Of a stretch of DNA of 64,000 nucleotides, positions 20,687 to 31,296 are shown one piece after another. The stretch covers positions 128,001 through 192,000 of the forward strand of contig OZ244621.1 in the NCBI GenBank assembly GCA_965218425.1. The letters run 5' to 3'. Positions within the stretch are counted from its first letter, which is position 1. Every line of letters begins with the position of its first letter. The notes beneath the pieces were generated by a model, which worked only from the letters and a program-made list of their open reading frames with translations, was not told the origin of the DNA and made no database searches. The stretch comes from an uncultured Candidatus Binatia bacterium. Its GTDB lineage: Bacteria > Desulfobacterota > Binatia > UBA9968 > CAXXLF01. The translations under genes and the position numbers were made by a program.

Positions 20687-21658
20687 TTATCGGAGCGATT
20701 CGGGTAAGTTCGATGAAAAAAGCTCTTTCACCTTCATGGGTCGGCTAACGAGATGCTGCTCGGATGCCGCCTGCACGAAAGCATCGAGGGCCTTTCGGTT
20801 TGCCTTCAAGCCATACGGCCAAGGGTCCTCCCCTCCCATCAAATCCTTCATCTCTAACGTGGTTTCACCCGACTTCGGCGCACCGGATGAACGAACCTCT
20901 TCCCGGGATTGGGCTATTTTTTTTGCCTGGCCGTAAGCATGGCACAGGCTCTCCACCACCCAAGGCTTTTCCCTAGCGAGCTCGTTCCTCATGACCGTCA
21001 CGTGCATAATGGGAAAGACGCCGGTCTTCTCAAAATACTCCCGCTGTGCGGTGACGTTGTCGGCATAAGCGCCCACTACTACATCGTCTCCGTCTGGCTT
21101 CACATCCGCGCCGCCCCCCGGTGTAAAGATGGCCTGGATCTCTCCGGCCTCCATCAATTCTCGCGGTTTCCGACCACTGGTGTCCCGCTGTACCGTTACA
21201 CCTTGAGGGAAGTCTAATTCCTTGAGACGCTCGGGTTGAAAGGTAACCCACTTGAGCTCTTGGGCAGCAATCCCATAGAAGTCCTGCAAGATTTTTCGCT
21301 GCCATATGCATGACGACATCCAGTACTGGGGTGTCCCCGCCGTCTTCCCCCGCAAGTCCGAGAGATCGCGGATACCCGCACGCTTGGAAACCTGAAAACC
21401 GGCCTGCAAAAAACGCCGACCCGAGGTAAATAACGGCAATCCGATGAGGGGAATTCCGATCTCCCGGGCCTTGGCAAAGGTTGCGATGGCCATCTCGCCC
21501 ACATCGTATTCCAAGTGAAGGGTGCGTTTGGTAACGTCATCCAGGCTCTCCGGCTCTATAGTCTGAAGCTCTATCCCTTCAGCCTTCACCTCGCCATCGA
21601 ATAAGGGACGAGTCAAAAGAGAAGGCATTACGGAAAGTTTGATCGCTAAATCTGCCAT
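20687..21658 (-). CDS. 4,5-dihydroxyphthalate decarboxylase-like protein
   Basis: PLFDGEVKAEG, DVGEM, FPIMH, DPWPYGLKANR. Confidence 0.8.
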   Translation of the reverse strand: MADLAIKLSVMPSLLTRPLFDGEVKAEGIELQTIEPESLDDVTKRTLHLEYDVGEMAIATFAKAREIGIPLIGLPLFTSGRRFLQAGFQVSKRAGIRDLSDLRGKTAGTPQYWMSSCIWQRKILQDFYGIAAQELKWVTFQPERLKELDFPQGVTVQRDTSGRKPRELMEAGEIQAIFTPGGGADVKPDGDDVVVGAYADNVTAQREYFEKTGVFPIMHVTVMRNELAREKPWVVESLCHAYGQAKKIAQSREEVRSSGAPKSGETTLEMKDLMGGEDPWPYGLKANRKALDAFVQAASEQHLVSRPMKVKELFSSNLPESLR

Positions 21659-21689
21659 GACCTCTCCTCACAAACAATTGACTTACCAT

Positions 21690-23351
21690 CTAGTGCCCCG
21701 ACGGGAATCCTTCCGCCGGGTCGCAGACCACATCCACCAGGGTGGGCTTTCCCGATTTGAGCCCTTTCTCAATGGCCGGGTGGATTTCCTCCGGCCGTTC
21801 CACTCGAATCCCCTCGCATTTAAACTCCCGCGCGATATTTGCAAAGTTCAAACCGGGAAGGAAAGACATCTCCTCTTTCAGCGGTGAGTCCTTGATGTGG
21901 TTTTTCTCCAGCAAAAAACAGCCGTTGTTGAAGACCACGAGCACAAAACCGATGTTATAGCGGGCCGCCATCTCCAACTCCGAAATGATGCCGCACATGA
22001 GTCCACCGTCCCCTTCGAAGCAAATGACATTCTTGTTGGGTGCTCCAAGCTTAGCTCCGATGGCCATGGGCAGTCCGGTACCGATGGCACCGGTTCCCCG
22101 GGGAGTAATAAAGGTTGGGCCGGCCTCCACAAAGGTGTGGCTGGTGGCCCACATAAAGGGACTGGACCCATCGGAGACCAGTATCGTATTCGGACCCATG
22201 AACTGGCGCACCTCTCTCATAAGACGGGCCGGATGGATTGGGACCCTCTCGGAGCTTGAAGCCGCCGCGTTGTCTTCTTCCCAACGGCCAAGGAGTTGCT
22301 TGATCTCACCGGCGCGGGTTTCCTTCGGCTTGTAGTGGCTACTCTTCAAGGCTCTGCTGAGGGATTTGAGGGCAGCCTTAGCGTCGGCAACGATGCCGAC
22401 TTCGGTCCGATAGTTTCTCCCGATCTCTTCGGGATCGATATCGATATGAACAACAGTCGACTTGGGATCGGGCACCGTCCAGCGGCTGGTGGCCATCTCA
22501 TTTGTCCTGCTACCAACCAAAAGAACGAGATCGGAGTTTTTCACAATCTGCTCTGCAACTCGTGCCCTGCCAAGCCGACCCCCTACCACATTTCCGGTTG
22601 GGCCAGCGCTAAGCGGGTGACGTTCAGGGAAAGCACCTTTGCCCGAAATCGTGGTGGCCACCGGCATCTGGCAAAACTCGGCCACCTCTTTCAGTTCATC
22701 CCAGGCGCGTGAGAGATTCACCCCGCCACCTGCAATGATACAGGGGCGCTTGGCTCTTCCCAATTCATTTACTGCCTCTTTGATGGAGCGCGGGTCCGGC
22801 TCCACTCGGTGAGCGGGGCAACTTGCGTACTGCGCCTCGGCGTAGGGCTCGTCGTCGATCTGCTGTTCCGGGCTCATGATGGACCCGACGCCTCGGATGT
22901 TGAGCACCACGGGACCCGGTCTCCCTGTGGTAGCAATACGGAACGCTTTACGCAGCATCTCCGGGGCTTGCTTCAGATCGTGAATGTCTCCCAACCACTT
23001 GACCACTGGACTCACCATCTCAATCTGCTTCTGCTCGTAGAGGGAGTGCTTCCCTTCGTTTTTGGCGGCTAATCCATCCATGAGCACGATGATGGGAACC
23101 GATGAGTTCCACGCCTCAGTGAGGGCCATGATGATGTTCATGGTCCCGGGCCGATTCAAAGTTATCACTCCCGGCTTACCGCTCACCCGGGCATAGCCGC
23201 TGGCCATGAGACCCGCCGATGTCTCGTAGTGAATGTTCATGGGCTGGATTCTTCCGGGGTCCATATCGGGATAAATACGCATACCAAAAAGTTGCGGCAC
23301 TCCGTATTCGATGAGGATCTTGCTCAGGTGCGTGTAGACGTGGGCCTTCAT
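21690..23351 (-). CDS. Thiamine-diphosphate-dependent enzyme (acetolactate synthase-like)
   Basis: MASGYARVSG, GRPGPV, IIAGGG, GDGG..N TPP motif. Confidence 0.9.
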   Translation of the reverse strand: MKAHVYTHLSKILIEYGVPQLFGMRIYPDMDPGRIQPMNIHYETSAGLMASGYARVSGKPGVITLNRPGTMNIIMALTEAWNSSVPIIVLMDGLAAKNEGKHSLYEQKQIEMVSPVVKWLGDIHDLKQAPEMLRKAFRIATTGRPGPVVLNIRGVGSIMSPEQQIDDEPYAEAQYASCPAHRVEPDPRSIKEAVNELGRAKRPCIIAGGGVNLSRAWDELKEVAEFCQMPVATTISGKGAFPERHPLSAGPTGNVVGGRLGRARVAEQIVKNSDLVLLVGSRTNEMATSRWTVPDPKSTVVHIDIDPEEIGRNYRTEVGIVADAKAALKSLSRALKSSHYKPKETRAGEIKQLLGRWEEDNAAASSSERVPIHPARLMREVRQFMGPNTILVSDGSSPFMWATSHTFVEAGPTFITPRGTGAIGTGLPMAIGAKLGAPNKNVICFEGDGGLMCGIISELEMAARYNIGFVLVVFNNGCFLLEKNHIKDSPLKEEMSFLPGLNFANIAREFKCEGIRVERPEEIHPAIEKGLKSGKPTLVDVVCDPAEGFPSGH

Positions 23352-23358
23352 GGTTTTT

Positions 23359-24585
23359 TTAGCGTCCCCCCCTTCTCATGTTCTGGAGCGCTGCCAACAG
23401 CGGCGACGACGACTGATAGCGCAATTCGATTTCCCTGTGCTCCCTGGATGACTGAATCATGGCAAGACAGGCTTCCAGGCTCGCCCGTCCCCAATAGGCA
23501 TCGGGGAAGATGGGTTCGTTGCGGTCCAGGTTGGCTCTGAGCACGTCGAGCTCCGACGCCCCGCGAATATTCACATCCGGCGCGATGGCGACCTCCTCCC
23601 GTCCATTCACGGTATAAACATAAAGACCGTCCGGGGATTGGCGGATGTCACCCCTCTCACAGCTAACAATGGTAACGCCGAAGAAGTCCTGTCGACTGGC
23701 CTTCTGAGATCCAATCCGCATTCTCTCCTCCATGGCGGACAGGGAATACATGGGATGGGCGTAGCGCACCTCGCTGGTCACTGGCCCGTTGGTGCGAGCC
23801 CTAGGACCGTAGAGAAACTCATCCGTGTGCATCCCTCCGCCCTCACCGATGCCCCAGGTCATTTCGGCGACATCGAAGTAGCCGTAGCCGTTGAAGCCCA
23901 CGAGCCCAGTGGCCCCTTCCTCGAACTCGAGAAAGGCAGAATAGTTACCCTCAATGTCGAATATGGGCATATGACGTCCTACAGTAGCCCGTAGGCTCCG
24001 GATTCTCCCACCAGCCAGGTAACGTGTGATGTCCATATGATGGGGACCCTGACGAAACACCACGCCTCCACCCTTTTTCTCATCCACCTCTCCCGCCAGC
24101 ATTGGCCGAATCATCCAATCGTTGTAGATCCAGGTGTGAATCTGGATGACCCGGCCCAATCGCCCGCTGGTAATGATCTCTCCCATCTTGCGAAACGTGG
24201 GCCGAAAGATCTTGCTGTGTCCCTGGACGTAACGCACATTGTTCCTCTCCACCGCTTCGATCATCCCATTGGCCTCGTCGAGGGTAATTGCCATGGGCTT
24301 TTCGCAGACGACGTGTTTTCCGTGCTCGGCGGCGATGATGGCATGCCGCGCATGGAGTTCGTTGGGCGTGGCAACGTAGACCACGTTAATGTCCGCCTTG
24401 CGACACATTTCCTCATAATCAGAATAGGTCTCGAGCCCGAATCGCGTCTTATAGAAATTCCGCTCCTCCTCACGCAGGTCACACACCGCCACCAGCTTGG
24501 CATCTTTGCAGGCCATCAAACCCGGGATCACAATTCTCGCCGCAGCGCCGAGTCCAACCATACCGACGCGAAATTCGTAAGCCAT
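23359..24585 (-). CDS. Gfo/Idh/MocA oxidoreductase, phthalate cis-dihydrodiol dehydrogenase-like
   Basis: GLG, CEKP, GHS, YNDW..RP, GGGVVFRQGPH, GYGYFD, CERGDIRQSPDG. Confidence 0.85.
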   Translation of the reverse strand: MAYEFRVGMVGLGAAARIVIPGLMACKDAKLVAVCDLREEERNFYKTRFGLETYSDYEEMCRKADINVVYVATPNELHARHAIIAAEHGKHVVCEKPMAITLDEANGMIEAVERNNVRYVQGHSKIFRPTFRKMGEIITSGRLGRVIQIHTWIYNDWMIRPMLAGEVDEKKGGGVVFRQGPHHMDITRYLAGGRIRSLRATVGRHMPIFDIEGNYSAFLEFEEGATGLVGFNGYGYFDVAEMTWGIGEGGGMHTDEFLYGPRARTNGPVTSEVRYAHPMYSLSAMEERMRIGSQKASRQDFFGVTIVSCERGDIRQSPDGLYVYTVNGREEVAIAPDVNIRGASELDVLRANLDRNEPIFPDAYWGRASLEACLAMIQSSREHREIELRYQSSSPLLAALQNMRRGGR

Positions 24586-24617
24586 GGTAAAGTCCTCTTC
24601 TCAGATAGAGTTTTGAG

Positions 24618-25177
24618 TCAACGGGAGTTGGGACGTGCCGAGCCCCTAGGCACCTCGAACTCCTCGTGCCTGTCATCGAATATCTGTGCCGGCGGCCGCC
24701 GTTGACCCATGAAGGCATTGTCACCCGCCCCCGTGCGTCCCTCTCTAGGGGGAGTCCAGGCTTCCAGGTCGATGGATACGTTATCGCCAACGTCTCCCAG
24801 ACCAGGGCCATTGGATCCCCACCCTTTTCTACAATCTGAATTTGCTCTTTCAGCATCCCGCGAAACATAATGATCCCGCGGTCGGAAAGGCCAAGATGCT
24901 CATTGGACCGGTCGTAGAGACTGCCTTAGGTCTCCCATGCCATGCCGTCCTGGAACGCAAAGGTGCGCAGATGGTACTCTCCGCCCTTGTTCACCCAGGG
25001 CTCGTCGTAGTCCACTGGCGGTTCCTCGGGCTGTTTCACCCGGCTCCCGTCGGGAGTGGCCTTGAGCGATACCTGCAAGATCGCCGTGCCGTAATCGTCG
25101 ATGGGGACTCGCCAGTGAAGCGTGCTCATGACATCCGTCTGCCGTAGCATATTGGGAAACAGAACAAAGTTTCCCCA
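24618..25177 (-). pseudogene. Rieske oxygenase alpha subunit C-terminal remnant
   Basis: FPN..HWRVPIDD, QDGMAWET*G..DRSNEHLGLSDRGIIMFR; TAA at 24926-24928 replaces Gln, later frameshifts. Confidence 0.8.
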
Positions 25178-25588
25178 AACCTCTTCGAAAACACCGCGAA
25201 CCCACATGGGCCTCGTGGCCTGATGTCGAGGCACCCCGACCCTCTTTCCAACCAGGTCCGCAGGTCCCGTGATGCCCGAGTTCTTGTTTTTGTACATGAA
25301 GGATTGGATAAACAACCGGTTCAAAAAGACCGGTACCGCCACGATGGGTATACCCCGCTGCCGCGCCACGAGATAGTGGGCCGTGGACATCTTCGCCGCG
25401 TCGAACTCAAGTCTCAGCATGCGCCGGAAGATGGCATCCACGTTGATAAAATCGGAGAGGACGTTAAGGTTGATACCCTCGACATCGATTAGGCCATTAA
25501 TCAGCGGTTGGGTAATGTCGTAGACACCGCTTGCCAGGGTAATGGGGAGACGATTGTCATTGGGTGTAAAAGCCATCGAGATTTTCAC
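25178..25588 (-). pseudogene. N-terminal half of a second PhtC-like gene fused in frame to the Rieske remnant
   Basis: YDITQPLING.IDVEG, IFRRML..EFD, PVFLNR, DLVGKRVGVP, W.RG. Confidence 0.78.
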
Positions 25589-25628
25589 CTACTTAGAAAT
25601 TTTTGATCAGCGATCCGCCTTGCCCCAT

Positions 25629-25820
25629 TTACAACCGGGGCTCCTCTTCCCAATCGAGGGTAGAAGGTGCAAAGAGGTCGTCGACGACGGGACGCTTGTG
25701 GAGGACCCCCTGCCGCAGGCAGTATTCGATTTCTTCCTCTAGGACATGTCGGTTCCCCTTCAACCCGTAGGCCCAGAGATCACTGAAAATTTCCCTCCGC
25801 TCCGCCCACCGGTGTGCAAA
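25629..25820 (-). pseudogene. C-terminal fragment of another PhtC-like gene
   Basis: Manual translation DLWAYGLKGNRHVLEEEIEYCLRQG..DDLFAPST. Confidence 0.72.
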
Positions 25821-25903
25821 CCATATCAGGCTTGGACTCTGCTGGCGCCCTAACAGGGCTCAAGTAACCCCATTCAAAGCGCTCAGTAGTATGGGTAAGC
25901 CTT

Positions 25904-27079
25904 TTACGTATCCCGCTCCTTCGTTGGACCAACCTCCCCGGTGCACCAGGGAACGAATGCCTTCATTCTACAAGGAGCGCCGTGGGCTTTTAGGTCTTTC
26001 TCGAAGATCTCGTGGATCTCCCGGTCCTCGTCCTCGTACTCCACTTGCCAACCACCCTCCTTGATACTGGTGTTGCTCGACTCGTCGCGCTCCCGGCTGC
26101 CGGGCCCCACGACCCCTAAATTACCCTTCTTGAGAGCCAGGTAGCGGGCCCGATTGGTCCCCGTGTTGAAATGCTGGTGAAAGCAGTTGTCGTTGGGAAC
26201 AATGACCAGGGAACCGAATTGCCAATCGCATTTGACCATGTCGGAGCGGTCTTCCTTGGTCCAAACCATGGAGTATCCGCCCGTGCCGCTCAGCAGCACC
26301 AGGTGAGCGCCCGGGCCATGGCGGTGGGCCTTCTTGTATGTCCCCACGGGAAATTCCGACATGTGGTTTTTCATGTTGTTACCGGCCATCTCCAAACGCG
26401 CGTTGATCCCGCCCGCGCCTCGCTCCTTGTACCCATAGAGCGGCATGTCAGGGGCGTTGGCGATGAAGTTAGACTCCCATACCCGTCGCTTGAACAGCTT
26501 ACCATTGCCGCTAAAGTAGTCATCCTCCCCCTCATAGCGGGAGCGAAACTTAAACTCGCTATTGAACGTGAACTCCCTATCCCGAAAAAGGCGCATCATG
26601 GGGGGCGCGTTAGTCACCGCAAGGTAACGCAGGGGCTCATCGCCGCTGCCGTTGAAATTCTGGTACCATGCATTAAGCGGAATACAAAATAGACTACCGG
26701 CGTGCCATTCGAAGGTTTGCTTGTGCTTTTCATCGTTCCAGATTGTGGTTGCCCCGCGGCCTGAGACCACATAGATGGTTAGCTCGTACATATGGTGTTC
26801 CGGCTCGGACTTCCCCCCCGGCTTGATCTCAACAACGTGGCAGTCATTGTAGAGCATAGGGTTTTTTATGTGAATCACCGCACCGCTCCCCCCTTTACGC
26901 TCCCATGGCCCCAGTTCGATATTAGCGATGCTCGGGAAATAAAAGTGCTCGTAGACTTTTACACCTTCGTCCTTTAGCCAAGCCTTGTAGGTGTCCTCCG
27001 TGCTATAGTCATTGAGGCTCTCCGTGGGCATGTCGGCCGCCTTCATGTCGGTGCCTTCCATAATTCCTTCCATGGACAT
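25904..27079 (-). CDS. Bicupin protein, paralog 1
   Basis: EPEHHMYE, IPLNAWY, YKKAHRHGPGAH, FHQHFN. Confidence 0.88.
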   Translation of the reverse strand: MSMEGIMEGTDMKAADMPTESLNDYSTEDTYKAWLKDEGVKVYEHFYFPSIANIELGPWERKGGSGAVIHIKNPMLYNDCHVVEIKPGGKSEPEHHMYELTIYVVSGRGATTIWNDEKHKQTFEWHAGSLFCIPLNAWYQNFNGSGDEPLRYLAVTNAPPMMRLFRDREFTFNSEFKFRSRYEGEDDYFSGNGKLFKRRVWESNFIANAPDMPLYGYKERGAGGINARLEMAGNNMKNHMSEFPVGTYKKAHRHGPGAHLVLLSGTGGYSMVWTKEDRSDMVKCDWQFGSLVIVPNDNCFHQHFNTGTNRARYLALKKGNLGVVGPGSRERDESSNTSIKEGGWQVEYEDEDREIHEIFEKDLKAHGAPCRMKAFVPWCTGEVGPTKERDT

Positions 27080-27145
27080 GGTCAGTTTCCTCTCTCAATT
27101 AAAATCGTCGGAGCCCCTTTATACCATAGATGAGCCGCTAAAACC

Positions 27146-28611
27146 CTACTCCTGGCCGGCCTTCTGCTGCCCGGCAGCAAAACGGACCTGTTCGATGCCC
27201 CTCTTATTTCCATGGATCGGCAGCACCGTTTCGATATCCAAATTCAGCCGCTGCAGGTTCTCCCATAGGTTAGCCGTAAAGGGACTAACCTTTTTTGCCG
27301 GTGCCTTACGAACCCTGCGGCCACTGTAGGCATCTGCCACCATCATAATTTTTTCTTTCGGCAAATAACCGATCAAGAGGCCCCCATTATGGCGGTTTTC
27401 TACCAGACGGTAGAGCTCGAGGGTACGATTTCCATCGGTCATGCTATGCTTGTCACCAACCCCGACTAACTTTGCTCTTTTACCCGATGTAGCGAGGGCG
27501 TCGGGATTGATGCGGGTGGACCGTCCATAAATCTTCTTGTAGAAAGGGACGTTGTCCTCGTGTGTGACAATGGCTGCTCCCTTTGCCGCCATACCGCGCA
27601 GCCCGCCGGAATGGTCAAAATGGTGATGGGTGTTGACCACGAAACGGATTGGCTTACCTGGGATGGTCTCTGTAACCGATTTCACAAGCGCTCTTACGCG
27701 GCCGTCGTTCAGCGGCGCTTCAAACAGAACCACATGATCCTTCATTTCGATGGCAATTGAATTATGTGAGCCACCAGTGAGAAAATAAATTCCCTCAGCA
27801 ACTTCGTCCACTTTGACCCGATGACGTACCGGACGCAATCCGTCAGGCACCAAAATATCTGCGGGTACGTTCACCTTCACGGAAGTAACGTTAAGGTCCA
27901 GTGACGGAAAGCCCTCCGAAATCCTCGTAATCCTGGTGGGAAACTTCACCCCGTTGAAATCCTTATAATCGGAATAAAGAGTCACTACGCGCATGTCACC
28001 AAAAACGGGATTGGCTACGTCGGCTTCCACCCCGCGTAAAAAAAACTTCGTTTCGAGTCAAACCAGGCCAGTGCCGTGAAGGCACCCTTCTTACCGAAAG
28101 AGACGGTTTTGTACATCTTGCCGCCGGCTTCGCGCATTTTGATTTCGGCATTGGCAGCCTGTGCAGCCTTTACGACGCCATGAGGCGTGGTCCAAAGAGT
28201 GTGCTGCCCTCCGGCAGCACCACGGCTAGGCCCAACCCGTCCTCGGCGCAACCTCCAACCCTTATCACCACTGAGCCCGCTGTTGCGTTTCTGCACCCCC
28301 CTGACGGGCTGACGCCCGCCACCGAAGGGCGGGTTCTCCCATTGGGTAATGGCCTGCTCAGCGGTCATGGATGCCGTATCGTAATTGACCACCAACCGGT
28401 AGCTCTTGAGATTGAATTTTGGCCATGGCTTGCCCGGTTGACGGCTCTGGCCCACCGCGTTGCGAAATCCTGAACCGACAATCTCTATGGTCTTGACCTT
28501 ATCCGCCCCCATTGCCGTGGCGATCTCATCAAGCCCAGCGCCAAAGGCAATAACCGGAAAAACCAGCAATACCGCGACCATCCCAAATAAATGTTTTATC
28601 TCTACCTCCAA
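27146..28611 (-). pseudogene. Secreted MBL-fold hydrolase split by a frameshift at a T8 run
   Basis: Signal peptide ORF 28015-28611 and THHHFDHSGG ORF 27146-28030 overlap; the frame changes at the homopolymer 28038-28045. Confidence 0.82.
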
Positions 28612-28768
28612 TAACTTTGCGGATTCAATATTAGTATTTTGCTTTCAAAGATTACGCACTGAGAAACCTCGATGACAGATTCTACGCCCTTGGGAACAAA
28701 CGCATATCATATGCCGAGCACCGTTCAAAGGGATATATTAGAAATTTCAGATTAGGTGGAATTTTCAC

Positions 28769-28798
28769 AAAAAAACAGCGGCCCGTTGTGGACCGCCG
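28769..28798 (-). terminator. Rho-independent terminator after bicupin paralog 2
   Basis: cggcggtcc-acaac-gggccgctg followed by T7 on the minus strand. Confidence 0.7.
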
Positions 28799-28855
28799 CT
28801 TTTCTGCTCAATGATACTGCAACGTGAGTTGGTTCAACACTCGTGCCATTTAGGC

Positions 28856-30025
28856 TTATGTATCCTTCGATTTCGTGGGCCCCACTTCCCCGGTGCAATA
28901 GGGGATGAAGGCTTTCATCCTGCACGGGGCGCCGTGGGTCTTTAGGTCTTTCTCGAAGATCTCATGGATCTCACGGTCTTCGTCCTCGTATTCGATCTGC
29001 CAACCGCCCTCCTTGATACTGGTGTAACTCCCCGGTGTACCGGCACCCCCAGGTACGCCGATCCCCATGTTACCGGGGCGCAGCGCCAGATAGCGGGCCC
29101 GATTGGTTCCGGTATTGAAGTGCTGATGGAAGCAGTTGTCGTTGGGAACGACCACCATGGAACCGTACTGCCAGTCGCATTTCACCATGTCCGAACGGTA
29201 TTCTTTCGTCCAGACCAAGGAGTACCCGCCGGTGCCGCTGAGCAAAACCAGGTGCGCGCCGGGGCCATGGCGGTGGGCCTTCTTATAGGTGCCGATAGGA
29301 AACTCCGAGATGTGGTTCTTCATATTGTTGGCGCCCATCTCCAAATGGGCGTTGATCCCGCCGGCCCCCCGTTCCTTATAGCCATAGAGGGGCATGTCCG
29401 GGGCATTGGCAATGAAGTTGGACTCCCAGATCCTTTTCTTGTAGAGCTTGCCGTTGCCGCTGAAGTAGTCGTCTTCTCCAGCATATCGGGAACGAAACTT
29501 GAAGTCACAGTTGAAGATGAAATGCAGGTCCCGGTAAAGGCGCATCACGGGAGGAGCATTGGTCACCGCAAGGTAACGAAGGGGTTGGTCGCCGCTACCA
29601 TTGAAGTTCTGGTACCAAGCGTTGAGGGGAATGCAGAAGAGACTTCCAGTGTGCCACTCGAAGGTTTGCTTTTGATTCTCCTCGTTCCAGATGGTGGTGG
29701 CCCCGTTACCCGAGATCACGTAGATGGTCAATTCGTACATGTGGTGTTCCGGTTCCGACTTGCCTCCCGGCTTGATCTCCACCACGTGACAATCATTAGG
29801 CATGTTACGATTTTTGATGTGGACCACCGCACCGCTGCCGCCCTTGCGCTCCCAAGGTCCCAATTCCAATTTGGCCAGGCTCTTGACGTAAAAGTCCTCG
29901 TAGACTTTGACTCCTTCCTTCTCCAGCCATTCCTTGTAGCCGTCTTTGGTCACAAACTCTGCCAGGCCGTCCTTCGGCGTGTCCGCCACCTTCATATCCG
30001 TACCGATCATTACACCTTCGTCCAT
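28856..30025 (-). CDS. Bicupin protein, paralog 2 (close to paralog 1)
   Basis: Same motifs and long identical stretches with 25904-27079; RBS AAGGAGG. Confidence 0.88.
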   Translation of the reverse strand: MDEGVMIGTDMKVADTPKDGLAEFVTKDGYKEWLEKEGVKVYEDFYVKSLAKLELGPWERKGGSGAVVHIKNRNMPNDCHVVEIKPGGKSEPEHHMYELTIYVISGNGATTIWNEENQKQTFEWHTGSLFCIPLNAWYQNFNGSGDQPLRYLAVTNAPPVMRLYRDLHFIFNCDFKFRSRYAGEDDYFSGNGKLYKKRIWESNFIANAPDMPLYGYKERGAGGINAHLEMGANNMKNHISEFPIGTYKKAHRHGPGAHLVLLSGTGGYSLVWTKEYRSDMVKCDWQYGSMVVVPNDNCFHQHFNTGTNRARYLALRPGNMGIGVPGGAGTPGSYTSIKEGGWQIEYEDEDREIHEIFEKDLKTHGAPCRMKAFIPYCTGEVGPTKSKDT

Positions 30026-30059
30026 ATTAGAATCCTCCTTAATTTTTTTATGCCCCTTT

Positions 30060-31184
30060 TCAGGGTTCGGACGTACAACGCGGATGGAGACCGCCCATCT
30101 CGCATTTCGCTCCGGAGCGCTCAACCGCTTCCTCGAATTCGCGGTGTATGTCGGGATCTTCGTCCTCGAACTCGATCTGATCGCCGCCCTCTTTGGTACT
30201 CTTGTATACGTACGCGCCGCCGCCGCTCTTGGGTTTCTCGCTTCCCCAGCCGATGGCCAGGAAGAGCACCGGTTCGGCGCCGGTGTTAAAGTGCTGGTGA
30301 AACCACATCTCGGGGGGTACGAACATGGTCCCCACCTTCCACGGCACTTTTTGCACCGGCTCGCCCTCCTTCCACATTAGCGAGTATCCTTCGCCGCGTA
30401 ATAAAACAATGTGGATCCCAGGCCCGTGGCGATGGGCCTTCTTGTAAAAACCCACCGGCCAGGACGAGGAATGGGAACGCATGGTGCTGTTCACCATATT
30501 AAAACCGGTGCCCACCGCGCCAGGGGTACGTCCACCTCGAGCTTCCGAGGTCTCAGCGATCCTGCTGAGGGAGTTGACGTCCGACACGAAGTTGGTAACC
30601 CAGGTGCCGCGCTCGTCGGGCTTGTCCGCCTGCTTGAAGTAACCTGCCTTGCCATCGAATCGGTCGTCGAAAACGAAGGGGTTTTTGAAAACGAAGGTTA
30701 GGTTCTTGAAGGTGTCGATGACCCTAGGGGCCGCAGTCATGGCCACGTAGCGGGCGGGCTCGGTACCCGAGCCATTGTGGTGTTGATAATTGACATTAGG
30801 AGGCATGGCAAAGTAACTGCGTTCCCCCCACTCGAAGGTCTGCTTTTCCCCGCCCTCGAGCCAGACGGACGTGGCGCCGTGCCCCTTCAGGATGAACACC
30901 GTCTCCTCGTAGATATGCTTGATGGGGTTCAGGGACTTACCGGGCGGTATCTCGCAAACGTAAGTGTCGTTGAACCCGCCGGTTCCCTCTAGATTGATAA
31001 AAACGCCGGAGCCCCCGCGGGACGCCCATTGCGTGAGCTCCACGTCCAGCAGACTGGGCACGGACAACCCGCGAAGGGTGGGAAGCCCTTCCGCATCCTT
31101 CCACTGCTCGTAGGGGGATTTATAAGCCTGCGCGGCTTCATTATAAAGTTCAATCTCGGTTTTTTTCTTAGCCGTACTTTCCAT
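30060..31184 (-). CDS. Bicupin protein, paralog 3 (divergent)
   Basis: KHIYEE, YQHHN, YKKAHRHGPGIH, WFHQHFN. Confidence 0.88.
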   Translation of the reverse strand: MESTAKKKTEIELYNEAAQAYKSPYEQWKDAEGLPTLRGLSVPSLLDVELTQWASRGGSGVFINLEGTGGFNDTYVCEIPPGKSLNPIKHIYEETVFILKGHGATSVWLEGGEKQTFEWGERSYFAMPPNVNYQHHNGSGTEPARYVAMTAAPRVIDTFKNLTFVFKNPFVFDDRFDGKAGYFKQADKPDERGTWVTNFVSDVNSLSRIAETSEARGGRTPGAVGTGFNMVNSTMRSHSSSWPVGFYKKAHRHGPGIHIVLLRGEGYSLMWKEGEPVQKVPWKVGTMFVPPEMWFHQHFNTGAEPVLFLAIGWGSEKPKSGGGAYVYKSTKEGGDQIEFEDEDPDIHREFEEAVERSGAKCEMGGLHPRCTSEP

Positions 31185-31266
31185 AAGGGACCTCCGGATC
31201 GCATCCAGAAATGGTAAAATAGAGCAGCCTGTCCAAGCGCCCTATGGCAAATGCATTCTGCAGCGG

Positions 31267-31296
31267 AGACTAGCTGATCAATGGCCATTTTGTCAA
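31267..31296 (-). promoter_or_regulatory. Putative sigma70 promoter of the cupin operon
   Basis: TTGACA-18nt-TAGTCT, palindrome AATGGCCATT in the spacer. Confidence 0.45.

Noticed and set aside
28964..30289. 441-aa plus-strand ORF
   Set aside because: Antisense shadow of the bicupin genes with no family motifs
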